A stretch of 53,562 nt of DNA, filler included, from Stramenopiles sp. TOSAG23-6 (taxonomy: Eukaryota), in the NCBI GenBank assembly GCA_900128565.1. It is 3 parts of 3 records of this genome, joined end to end, with 100 filler letters (N's around TTAATTAATTAA, not from the genome) between each part and the next. Parts side by side here need not be neighbours in the genome. Positions count along the whole stretch, not along the records: positions 17,931 to 35,702 come from LT636074.1; 2 more parts are not named here. The stretch is one strand, 5' to 3'. Positions 20,123-32,400 of this stretch are shown here, one piece after another; the first letter of the stretch is position 1; the number at the start of each line of letters is the position of its first letter. A model generated the notes under the pieces. That model was not told the DNA's origin and ran no database searches. It saw nothing but the letters and a program-made list of their open reading frames with translations. The position numbers were made by a program, and so were the translations under genes.

Positions 20123-23100
20123 ATGAGCACAACTCGTTGTCGTATTGGTTTTGAATGTTTTTCAATAGAAGCACTAAAGCGTACGTTTTCATCTAATTTA
20201 TTTTTTTACTAAGAAAATTTTGTACCTAACGATTTCTTTTACTAAAAAGAAGTATTTTTCACAATACATATTTACGCAAAGATAAAGAATTCTTTTTTCT
20301 TACACCTGCAGCACAAAAAAAAGTCGTTTTGGAAGAATGGAATAAACTCAGTGAGATCGATAGGGACATGATCTGTTCAAAAGCCGAAATTTCTCAAACA
20401 AAAGAATCAAATATTGTCACAGATGACAATGAGTCAACGAAACAGTCACTTAAAAAATTGTCTATGAAGGGAAAGAAAATTAAATGTAAAAATACTTTAT
20501 CTAAAGGCAAAACAACCACAAACACAAAAAGTAAATATAAGAAAAGAAAAGGTAGCAGTAATAAAAAAGTGGTGAAAACTGCAAATACCTCTTTAGTGGA
20601 TCCTCAAATTATTCAAGAAGAAACAAAAGATAAAAACAAACAAAGTAATGTTTGTAAAATTACACATGATTCATCTAAATCTATAAATTCTTCAGTCAAT
20701 GTTATTGATTTAATTGATGTTGACGAAGATTGTATAATGATTGATGAAAGTAAAGGAAAAGTGGATATAGTTGTTATCGATGTCAAAACACCAAAAACAT
20801 TAAAAAAATCAAATAATGTTGCAAATAATATTACAAATAATATTACAAATAGAGAAAATAGTGGAAATGGTTCAATTTCTATCGACAAAAATATCTCTCA
20901 AAATGATAAAGATTTGATTGAAGAAAACAAAATTAAATCTATTCCTATGATGTTTCGTACCAAATCACAAAAAAATCAACTTAATATACTACAAAGTCGT
21001 CGTTTAGAGCGGGAAAAATATGAAAAATTAAGAAAATTTGATCAAGCACTGAATCAAAATAAAACTTTAAATCCGTTTTTTGATAGAGAAAAGCGACGTT
21101 TAGCAGCAAAAAAATGTCAGAGATCAAATTCTTTTGGCAGTGAAAAATGTACGTTTTTATCATGGATTTAAATTTTTTTTTTTTTTGGTAGAAAATTCTG
21201 TACCTAATGAATTGTTTTTGTGACATATTTTTCCACAATAAATATATCCCTCCTCAATTTATTCACAAACATTGGAATTTAGTTGAATTTCCGTCCCAAA
21301 TGTTGGGATTAAAAAATCATGTGTATGGTGATAATAAAACTATCTGTGATAAGGATGATGAAACTGTCGTGATTTTCCCCATCAATTATATATGTTTTCA
21401 TGATGAATTTCAAATTTATCTTTTTTCATACGAAATTTTGTACCTAACAAAAAACAATTTGAAATATTTTTTCACAATACATTCTTCTGTCGCGAAGAGT
21501 ATGTGTGATTGGATTGATAAGAAACCAGAGAAGAATAATATAGATGAAGTAATTGATATAAACACTCAAGAAAATCTGGATAGCAGTAGTGGCATTTTTT
21601 TTTCAACTGCTCTTTTGAATGGGGAAACAAAAAAATATTTAGGAAAAAAAGTAAATGTTGTAGATATAACTCTTGATGAAAATAATTGTGAAAATAGTAA
21701 AGTTTTACATGATAATTGTCACACCGTAATGTCTCGAGCATTACCTGCTGCCGTTTCGACATTTATTAAATCGAATAAAGTTCAGAATGCAATCCTTGAT
21801 ATTACTAGAGGTAGAGAATTTAATTCAAAATGTAGTACTAATAAAGAGGATAAAGAACAAGATGATGATGATGATGATGATGATATGAAGGAACTGGATG
21901 CAGAATATGCAACAACGTTGTCAATGTTTACAATGGCTGCAATGCGACGTTTTTCAATGGGTGACGCAAATGTGTGGCATTCAGATTGGAGTCATAAATA
22001 TCGTCCTAGGTGTACGTTTTCATCATGAATGTTTTTACCTAAATTGTTTTTTACTAGAAAATTTCATACCTAACGATTTTTTTGTATGGAAAAAAATGTA
22101 TATATTTTTTTATAATACATGTACGTTTCATATGAATTTCTAATTTAATTTTTTTTCGTACGAAATTTCGTACCTAACGATTTTTTTTTAAATATTTTTT
22201 TATAATACATGTGTCGGAGACATTATAGGAAAACATAATCGAAATGAGGCTGAATCTTTACTTACATGGTTGTACGTTTTCATCATTTCAATTTCGAATG
22301 TATTTGTTTTGTACCAAATTTTGTACCTAACATTTGTTGTACACCAAAAACCAAATATATCTTTTTACACTAATTGAGGGAATGGAAACAACTTCATTTG
22401 GGTCAACGTGGTAGACAAAATGTATCAAATAAAAGTAGTTATGGCTCTTATGGTATAAATTTATGGTACGGATTTGATGATGGTGATAGTAGTGACGAAT
22501 CAGAATTAAGTAATGGTTGTTTACTCACTGGTCCTACTGGTTGTGGCAAGACTTCATTAGTATATGCATGTGCAGAGATGCTTGGAATTAGAGTTATTGA
22601 AGTTCATGCTGGTTGTAAAAGATCTCGCGCGGATATATGTATGTTTTCCAGTATGAATTTCAAATTTATTTTTGTGTAGTAAAAAATTCTGTACCAAACT
22701 TTTTTTTTACTCAAAAAAAAAAAAAAAAAAATTCACAATATAGTAAGACTCTTTGGCGAAGCAACGCAATCGCAACGTTTGACTTTAGATTCAAAAAATA
22801 AGAATAAAAAAAGTAAACAAAAAACTACATGGCATGTACGTTTTTAAAATTGAATTTTGTCTAATTTTGTTTCATGCGAAATTTTGTACCTAACAAAAAG
22901 AATTGTATAATTTTGTTTTCCACAATACATGTTGCTCGAGATGACGATACACCGAAAAAGATTGCAAAAAGATTGGACGTAAGTGTCAAAGACATTCTAC
23001 TACTAAATAATGGGAAGTCTGGAACAGAAAAATTGTACATGTCTGCTCGTTTATACAAGGGAACGAATGTAAAAGTTCCTGTTGAAAAGCAAAAAAAGAA

Positions 23101-24834
23101 AAAGAAGAAATCAAAAGCTTCAAAAGCGAGAGAAAAAGCTCTACAAAGTACGGAAACATCGACTGAAGCAAATTTTAGTATTATTTTATTTGATGAAGTT
23201 GATCTCGATTTTGAAGAAGATTTGGGTTTTATCGCTGCTCTTCGAAATCTTCTTCGATCTGCAAAGTGTCCAGTTGTTATGACTGCAATTACTAGACCGA
23301 ACTCTTTGACTGAAAATTCTACTATTGATTTACGAACTTTACATTTAATACGACCTGATAAATTGGTACAACTTCGCTGGCTTCGTGTAATTTGCCTTGC
23401 TGAGGGATTAAATGTAAAAAGTTCAATGTTACAAAAACTTCTTGAAAATTCAAGTTTTGATGTGAGACGTTGTTTAAATGAATTACAAATTTGGTTTAAT
23501 AAATTGCCACCGGTACAAGAAAGTCGTTCCTCAAGGCATTGTAAAGATGATACTTTATCGATACAATTAAAGATCCCACTTCTTGAGATTTCGTATGGTC
23601 AATCTGGATTAGATGATATTCCATCGTATAGTGGTAGAAGTGCTGTTGAGGGAATGGGGGATTTACGATCTCTATGGTGTTCCGTGTTACCACAATTATG
23701 TACTCATTGTAGAATTGCATCTACTGTGGTGAATATAGAGGGTGGTTTTTATGATACACAAAATTATACATCTACTGATATGAAGTGTTCATTGATGAAT
23801 CTTAAAAGTAAAAAGAATAGTAATAAGAAGAAAAAAATTGCCTCGAATGGACGTCGTAGACTTCGAAAAGCATGTGTGTCAAGTTCTGATGATGATTTTG
23901 AAGATCCACCAATAGCACAAGATGATAATGAAGAAAAGATTAAACATTCTGATGATGATTTTGAAGATCCACCAATAGCACAAGATGAGACTATAAATGT
24001 CATTAAAAGTGAAAAAGATAAAATAAGACCACTTCGTCGTACAACACCTCTGACTGATACGGAACACTTATCTAATGTAGAATTTTCTATTATTTCAAGT
24101 GTATCATCATTGACGTCAGATGTCGATGCAATAGTATCCTTAAATTCTCTGCAACGTCGGGGGTGGAGCAGTTGTTCTTTAGCAGATTCGCGAGACAGTG
24201 AGAGTAGTGAAGATCTGGAAATGTGGCATCATTCAAATCTTGCATCAGAAATTTCCGCAGAACTTTTTGCATTGCAAGGTAAAGTGTACAATAATAAAAT
24301 TTCTAATATTGTAAGCAAAGTCCCAAATGAAGTAAAAACTTCAGAACCAATTTGCCCTACAGCTGCTCAGAATTATTGCGAATATGCTATACAAGTAGAA
24401 AACACTCGAGATAAATTTCGTATACAATGGGAGGTTATATTAGACCTATCATTCAGAAATGATTATGAAAGATGTTTTGTAGAATCTTTGTCTAAGCGTA
24501 CGTTTTTATCATGAATTTCAAATTTAGTTTTTTTTTCGTACGCAATTTTGTACCTAACATTTTTTTTTGATATTTTTTTTACAATACATGTTCTGTAGGT
24601 AATAATAATATGTCAGGCGCCGGAGTACTACGACTATCACATAAAGGTATCGATGAACTTTCTGGTCTACGGTCAATTTGTGAGTCCTGGCAGTTGAATA
24701 GTAAATACATGGCATCTCGTCGTCGAAGTAAAAGAGCACGTCTTCACTATTTAGTTGATGGTGCCCGAACTTTTCTTACGGATGAAGACGTTGCGACAAT
24801 TACAAGATCTGGAATATCTAGTGATGCACGGTAG
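20123..24834 (+). CDS. ATAD5: ATAD5/Elg1-like (RFC1 family) AAA+ clamp loader/unloader large subunit with LysM-like insert (exons 20123-20180, 20270-21148, 21244-21389, 21483-22011, 22211-22271, 22376-22638, 22744-22835, 22931-24497, 24590-24834)
   Basis: WSHKYRP, LLTWLREWK, Walker A GPTGCGKTSLVYACA, RS..DIL..FGEATQSQR, Walker B ILFDEVD, AKCPVVMT and DVRRCLNELQIW. The start codon is uncertain. Confidence 0.82.
22012..22210 (+). other. Two back-to-back family introns (22012-22120, 22121-22210) with a zero-length exon
   Basis: ...TATAATACAT|GTACGTTTC..., each unit with its own branch motif. Removing both gives KYRPRCVGDIIG. Confidence 0.85.
22272..22375 (+). other. Non-canonical GT-TT intron
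   Basis: tgg tt|GTACGT...ACTAATT|g agg restores WLREWK. Confidence 0.72.
22639..22743 (+). other. Canonical GT-AG member of the intron family
   Basis: ata t|GTATGT...CACAATATAG|ta gives DILRLFGEATQS. The AG falls in the same register as the AT of other members. Confidence 0.85.
23885..23988 (+). repeat. In-frame 41-bp direct repeat, 63-bp spacing (SDDDFEDPPIAQD x2)
   Basis: tctgatgatgattttgaagatccaccaatagcacaagatga occurs twice. Confidence 0.85.
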
Positions 24835-25048
24835 TAAAATTAAGGTGAATTAATTGGTCACTTGAGTGTTTGTTATCATGATATATCAAAGATAATAAAT
24901 GGGTATTCATATGATGTATATACATTTGAAAAGTTGTTTTTTATTACTAGAAACTGCATATGAAAAAAGTGGATACTAGAGAGAGAGAGAGATAAAATGT
25001 TTTTTTTTTTATTTTCTTACAAAAAGGGGTTCAAAAACATCTCAAATG

Positions 25049-27666
25049 TTATTTTCTTCCATCGCTAATAGGCCATATACTAGAGTTCCTTTTACGATAA
25101 AATAATTGGTATGCTCTTGGAGATATAATATCACTTACATCACGAACTTTTGTGCATGAAGAGTCATTAAAATTATACCATTGGTTATTTTTAAAGTTCT
25201 TAGCATATGCTGTGTAGTGTCCCCCTCCAAGACCACCTGAATGATTAGATACTGCAAATAAATCATATATATAATCATCATCATTCGTTGCTGACATTAC
25301 AAATGGAGAAAGATCAAGACCTTCCAAGGGGAAATCGACCATTGATGATATTTTATCACGAGTAACACTATGTTTTCTCCATCCTTGACTATAGTGAAAA
25401 CGTTTTAAACCTACAATGAAAATCTCAGGTACAGACCATAAACCTAATTGTTTATATGCGCGAACGTGTTTTTTACACTTATTACAATACCATTCATTCT
25501 GTTCATCAAGCTGTTCTTCTGCAGCAAAAGCTGAGAAGCACGATGCTATATTGAGTGCGCTTGATTTATTACAGCCACGTCGAGGCATAGATGAATGCAT
25601 AACAACATGTGAAAATGTACTGTAAAAAAATATTTAAAATTTTGTTTTGTTAGGTACAAAATGTTGTACGATTTGTTTTCTACAATTCATGATGAAAACG
25701 TACATGCTGCTTGATCAAAAGAGTTATCAAAGCCTTCGACGGTCCATTGCACCACAATCATTTTGTCTTTGAAAGATGTGGTAACGACATCATCATTTTC
25801 AAAAACTTCTTTCAATTTTGAATTTCGAGAGGAATATGATGAGTATCCTTTTTGTTTAGATGAACCTATAGCAAGTTTAAATGGAAGCCTTTGGGAATTA
25901 TAACCGGATCCAACTTTTACGTATTGTTGCATATATTTCCACACTAGAGTATGCATTTCCCTTCCAGTACAAGTATTGTGAAAAAATATTTCAAAAAAAA
26001 ATCGTTAGGTACGAATTTTCGTATGAAAAAAACAATTAAATTAGAAATTCATATAAAACGTACAACGCCTGGGGAAAACAAGGACAAGAGTATGCCCAAA
26101 TGATTCTCCACGAGAACCAGGTGATCCTAGACTAAATATCTTTTTATCTTTTGGAGCTTTCGGTTTTTGTTGATGAACTTCTATTGCAACTCTACCGATA
26201 CCAAGGGCAGTTTTATGTGAACCTAATTCAACCATACCAATTTTTTTACTCTCATTTACCCACTCATCTGCAGTCAATCGGCCAGGTTCAACATTCGAGT
26301 TAAAGTCACCATCTGCAAATTGAACCTCAAAAGTTCCATCATCATTGACACTATCAATCCAGCCATTAAATTCATTACCTGTCATACATATATTGTGAAA
26401 ATATATTTCTTTTGTATAATTTGTTAGGTACGAAATTTTTATAAAAAAAAATAAATAAATTCGAAATTGAAAAAATATAAAACATACTATTCCATCGACA
26501 TCTAACTTTTAAACCTTTCACGAAATTACCATTGGCTCTAGCTTTGGCTTCATCACTGGATCCTCCTTCATACGGATCAGGCTGATTCATTTCGAGTTCA
26601 TATATAAATGTTGTAGCTCTAGGACGAATTCGTTTACATTTTTCTGAATTATTTCGTGTTGTATTAATCCTCACAACTCCAAGATTATCTGTCATATCAG
26701 CACAAACAAGAGAATCAACACCACCGGAAATACCACTCATCACAACTACAGCATGTTTCAAATCAATTATAGTACTATTTTTAATTTCTACACGAGGTTG
26801 GCATCTAAGTGGAGGTCTAGCTGGATCTTTAAAAACTACAGTCACTTCAATGGGTCTTGTAGTAGGCAATGGTAACGGTAGAGATACTGTCATATATGGA
26901 TCAAAAGTAATGCTTTCACGACTACATTTGTTACACTTAATGTGACTTCGAAGTTGTCCAAAAAATGTATCTGTGATAAATGATTTATTACGTCGAAGGT
27001 GCCCATCCCATGCTAATTTCGCAATAACTTCATCTGGTCGTCCATCTGATTCAATGACTGGCTCGTATGGTTTTTTCTTAATTAAATTACAATCTTCATG
27101 TAAGCCATCCAACAAAAACGTCATTAATTCTTGAGCATCTTGTTGATTGTATCCCGCAAAACTTGAATTATATTCACCAATTCGTTTTTTAAATTCTGCA
27201 GGCACACAAACTGAATAATCACCTGACCAAACGGCATTAATAAGATTTGCGTACGTTTCAGTCATCCGACCACCATAACCAATTTTATTATCTTTATTTA
27301 TTGAGTCTTCATATTTTCCAGATAAAAAAAATGTGGATAGAGGCTCACAATTTGAAAGACATTGAAGAATAGAGTTCATAAAACAAGTATTACCTAAATT
27401 CCTTAAACCAACAGCTCCTTCAATTGCTGGAGATCCAATTGTATGAGCTCGAACATTACGTGTATTTCTACTATTATAACGACGACCAAATTGTGATTGT
27501 TGCTTTACGTGTGTTCCATATCTTTGTAATTCATCACTGTCAAATGTAAACCAAGTATCAGTACTTTCATCACTTTTATCCCAATGTAGTTTTACACGTT
27601 TTCCTCCATGTATTGAGAAAAAATATGTTTTATATTCTATACATATTTGTTAGATTTAGAATTTTC

Positions 27667-27697
<31 letters not shown>

Positions 27698-29157
27698 ACA
27701 TGAAAACGAAAACATACATTGGTCGAAGGATCTCTGTCCACTTCGACAACACGAGCGTTCATCCAGTTCGAAGATGTTCCAGAAGAATTAAGCTTTTTCC
27801 CCTCTACGCGATCATTTACACGAAAGTTTCTCCAATTTCCAACTTTTGAATATTTTGGTTGTAATCGACTGCGTTCGGTTTTCCAATTAATCCACTCATC
27901 CCATCTCGATGCCCAACCTCTATAATGAACTTTAACACGAAATTCTCGATGATTTGTTTCAATAATATCAGCTTCCCACCATTTATTCTGAGAATCTATA
28001 CCATCACAGCGACCCCATGCATTGTGAAAAAAAAAATCAAATGTTTTTTGTTAGGTACAAAATTTCGTATGAAAAAAAAAATTCGAAATTGAAAACGTAC
28101 CGACAGCAAGTTGTGAACGCCAGTTATCAGATAATTCTTCGACATCACGAGGCCATTTACCATTGGCGTTTAATTCTTCCACTAAAATCTCACACGAGTC
28201 TTCAACTCCAGCAAGATCCTGAAGATTACCATCAATACCAACAAGCTGCCATGGATTATGAAAAATATTTCAAAAATTAAAATTGTTAGGTACAAAATTT
28301 CGTATGAAAAAAAAAATTGAAATTGAAATGAAAACGTACATGCTTCTACTTCATTACCTCTGGAGGTTGGTCTCGACCAAAGTCGAATTCGTGACTTGGC
28401 TACTTTATATTGATTGGCGACGATTTCTAGAAGTTTGGTTAAGGTTTGATTTCGTGAAAGCAAAACTCGTTGATACATGTATTGTGAAAAAATATACATA
28501 TTTTTTTTTCTGTACAAAAAAATGATTAGGTCCAAAATTTCGTATAAAAAAATAAATTTGAAATTGGTAAAACATTGAAATGAAAACGTACATGCCAGAG
28601 TGAATATTTTCACGATCTGTTGCAGACACTATTTCTGCTTTACCAGCTAAATCAGCTTTAATTAAGTCAAAAACTAAAGGGTGAACTTCAACAGATAATT
28701 TCTTTTCAGTACCACGCACAATGACTTCACGACGTAAAACTATTGAGCAACCATATAATTTAACGAGTACAATCCAAGCTTTTTCAGGAACAGCAGTGTA
28801 ATCTTGATCATAAAAACAATCTTTACGAACCTCTTGACCAGATCCTGTTACAATAGTACTGTTATCAATTGGACCAGGTCGTTCACCACCTATGGACAAC
28901 TCCTTTCTCAAACTCAATTTCTCCTCAAAAACACGCTGAAGGTCAGTTTTGTTTTCAGACATTGGACTTCCAGGTGTCAGCTCCATTGATTCATTTGCAA
29001 GCGACTCGCAAGGTACAGATGCTTGGTAATCGTTCCATGCTTGGAACCACTTAACCGGTAGGATATACCAAATAGAACCAAGTGTCAACTTTGAATTTTT
29101 GATTACTTTTGCAACTTCCGACTCTGTAAGAAATGAATCATCCATATTTGGAGGCAT
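25049..29157 (-). CDS. Ubiquitin-specific protease, USP4/11/15-like, with DUSP, UBL and Tudor/Agenet-like inserts (exons 29157-28592, 28476-28340, 28250-28101, 28016-27718, 27607-26488, 26387-26064, 25970-25704, 25614-25049)
   Basis: DUSP (WY...KWF..W, PGPIDN), Cys box GLRNLGNTCFMNSILQC, QQDAQE..FLLDGLHED and His box NHSGGLGGGHYTAY. Confidence 0.9.
25971..26063 (-). other. Non-canonical GT-TT intron
   Basis: cgt t|GTACGT...CACAATACTT|gt act. The exon also ends in TT. Confidence 0.78.
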
Positions 29158-29483
29158 TTTCAGAACGTATTATTGACAATAGACTCTCACTAAATGACAC
29201 AAAATTTTACTTTGGATTAAATAAAGAAACTTCTGAGAGAGAAATCAATGTTAATCGTGAATAAGATCTAGATCTCTAATTATTTTTCCCTTTTAGTTCA
29301 ATCTAATCAAAATGGTGCGTCGGATGATGATGAAATGATTTGTAACTTCTACGTGAATAACACGAAATCAAAGAAATCGGCGAGGGTCTGAGAAAAAAAA
29401 CGGAAAAAATGAGAAGCTTCCATTTATACTAATAACGGTTAATTGTTCAAGACTTGAAGAGAAGTTGAATCTATCTGAAAGCA

Positions 29484-32400
29484 ATGTCTATGCAACTTTC
29501 ATCAAATGAAACAAAGAAAACGATGAATGAAAGTGAAGGACAAGCGCCCTTAGACTCAACTAGACGAAGTCAATCACGATTCGGGAGACCAGGGGGACAT
29601 AAACCGTCGCAATCATTGTCTTCAGCTGGTGATGCTGATAACGAAACAAAAGAAGAGAAAAAATCTTCGATAGAAAATGATGAAACGAAAGGTAAAGCGC
29701 CAGATTTGAGTGAAATAAATGAAATGCTTGGCTCATCTCGTGAAGGCACATCATTAATCGCGAAATCTGTCAGATCTGCGATATATTTTCCTCCCCCACT
29801 AGAGTCTAAGATTATCGTGAATTCTTCTCAACCAGGACAAATTGACTATCATAACCGTAGTATAGCTGTTATTAAGAAACGTTGGGCGGATGGAATTGCG
29901 TTTCCTAAAAGACCAATTATAAGTAGTAGAAATACAGCAAAAATGGAGGATCGGCAATATCGAGAAGGAGGAGACATCGAGGTGTATAGCATTCCATCGG
30001 TAAAACACCGTACACATTTATCTAAACCTTTCAAGGATAAAACTCCCGCAAACTTACAAATAAGACGCTCAGTACCTGATATGTCTATTGTCGAAGGTGA
30101 TAAAACGGCTACATTGCTATTACGTTTCACAAAAATTGTTTTTCGAGATCATGTATGTTTTATTTTTTTTCAAATTCGATTGTTTTTTTCGTACGAAATT
30201 TGTACCTAACGAATTTTTTTTGAAATATTTTTCCAAAATACATTCTCTTTTTTCAAAAGAAGATGAGTTATCAGTTTCTCTTGGCTTACAATTTGAAAAA
30301 TATCAAAACCTTTTAAAGGCACAAACTCTTCCGCATTTAACTAGTCGCATGGAAAGTCTCATAAATTTAGGTATACAACACGATGGAGAAATGCCTAGTA
30401 ATGTACCAGTTTTATCAAAATCAAAAATAGCTTTACAACAGGAGCAATCTCGGGATATGCGTATTTTATTTGTTGTTTCAAAATGGTGTAGTGTAGTCGA
30501 GGAGTATCGAAAGTCTGCTGCTCAATGTTACAATTTATGGCAGAAATTAAAACAAATTCGAAAAGAGAACGGATATTCTAATAGTCGAATAAAACTTACA
30601 GCAAAAAAAGTTCTATTATTTGATGAAGAAAAGATGAAGAAACAGTTAAGTTATATTGATCGCATCATTCATCGCGATTATTTAAATGATTCAAAAAACG
30701 AACAAATCAAAACACAAACAAAACAAAAGCGCTACTGGATCAATATGCTTGAAAGAGCACGAAAATTAGTAGCACTTGATGGAAATGACTATTTATTTAC
30801 TTTAAAAAATAGTAATTTAGTATCACCTGTCTCTCTACCAGCGGTTACACTGAAGGAAGAATTAAGGAGAAAAAGTATAGAAAATTTACGAATTTATACT
30901 ATATTAAGAATTAATGGTCACCAAGTATGTAAAACAGATCCAATGCCTTTCGATTGGCCAAGCTTTGCAATGAATATATCACCTCACCAAACATTGCATA
31001 TTGAATTATATCAATTACCAGAAAAAGTTGAATTGCAAATATTTCAGAAAAATAAAGTTGATTCCATGACGGGAAATCTTCTAGGTACTATGAATATTGA
31101 ATTACCTGGATCAAGTACACACTGTCCAACGATGCTCTCTGTTGCCCCAATAAGTAATAAAGGATTTTTTAAATCGGCTAATCCAATGATTTCAAAATTT
31201 ATAGCAAATGACATCCAAAAGCCAGAAAAAGATAAAAAGTCAAAATCAAATGATTTGAAAAAGCGATATTTTTATGGAAATGTCGATTATGAAATTGCAT
31301 GGGATACATCTGATGCGCTAGTTGAGCCTGGGGCTAAACCTTGTATTTTGCCAGCACAGCCTTTACCAAGTGGGAAAAGTGGAGGTCTTAGTATTAATGG
31401 AAAAATTCTAGTTGGTCCTAAACAGGCCTTGCGAGCTCTTTCAAAGAAAGAATCCATGAAAGAACAAATTGATGTTAATATAGACAAAGATTTCAAAGAT
31501 GAATCACGGCGATCCTCAAATACTGAAACAAATGCGGCAGAACTGGCAACATCATGGTGTTTAGAACTTGGTGAAAGTGAACAATCTGCGTTTCAAACTT
31601 TAGTAAATCCAAATGATCCTCGGAATCAAGAGTTTATGAGATTGAAAGCAAATAACATACTCCAAGAAAAACGTATATTTCGCGTGACTACATTGGAATC
31701 AGAGTTAAATTTGTCTACGTATATTGCATCTGGTGCATCTCGACGACATCAGCTACTAAGATTACGTGAAAAGGAGCCAATTCATTTCATGCAACCTGTA
31801 CCAAGTACGGAGAAAGAAGTTGCTTCATCCAACACAATGCTGTCAATCCTTAAAGGTGCAGAGGAAAGGGAGGCAGAAATTAGAGCAATGTCAGGTCGAA
31901 AAGCAGCAACAAAAAAACAAAGAATTGGTAATTTTTTAAGACGTGTGAAAGAAGTTTATCGAGAACAAATACAGAAATCAGCAATACATAAAACTACGCT
32001 AGATGAGATTGTTCGAGAAGAACTTCTTCCAGACTTTGCAGCTAGTCTTGATTTTGGGAACATAGTCAAATTCTTTGAACCAAGAAGACGACTGAAACCA
32101 CAACCAAGAGCACGGCAACCTTCGAGTACACTTGTACCCGAGTGTAAAATACATGTTCAAATTGTTAGAGCACAAAATGTACCCATTCGAGCTTCATATT
32201 CTAAACTCAAATATTCTGGATCGACTGGAGATGGATCAGATGGTGATCGCGTGATGTCATTTGTAGATGTTCGTTTCCAAAACCATCAGCATAGAACATC
32301 AGCCCACGAAGGCCCTGCTCCAATTTGGAATGAAACCAGACAAGTTCCAATAACGCTTCCATTTCAGGATATTTCTGCAAAGCGCCTTATTCAAATTCGA

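Noticed and set aside
609-24834. Alternative genetic code or stop readthrough to explain broken ORFs
   Set aside because: TAA, TAG and TGA all terminate genes normally, and the breaks coincide with family introns.
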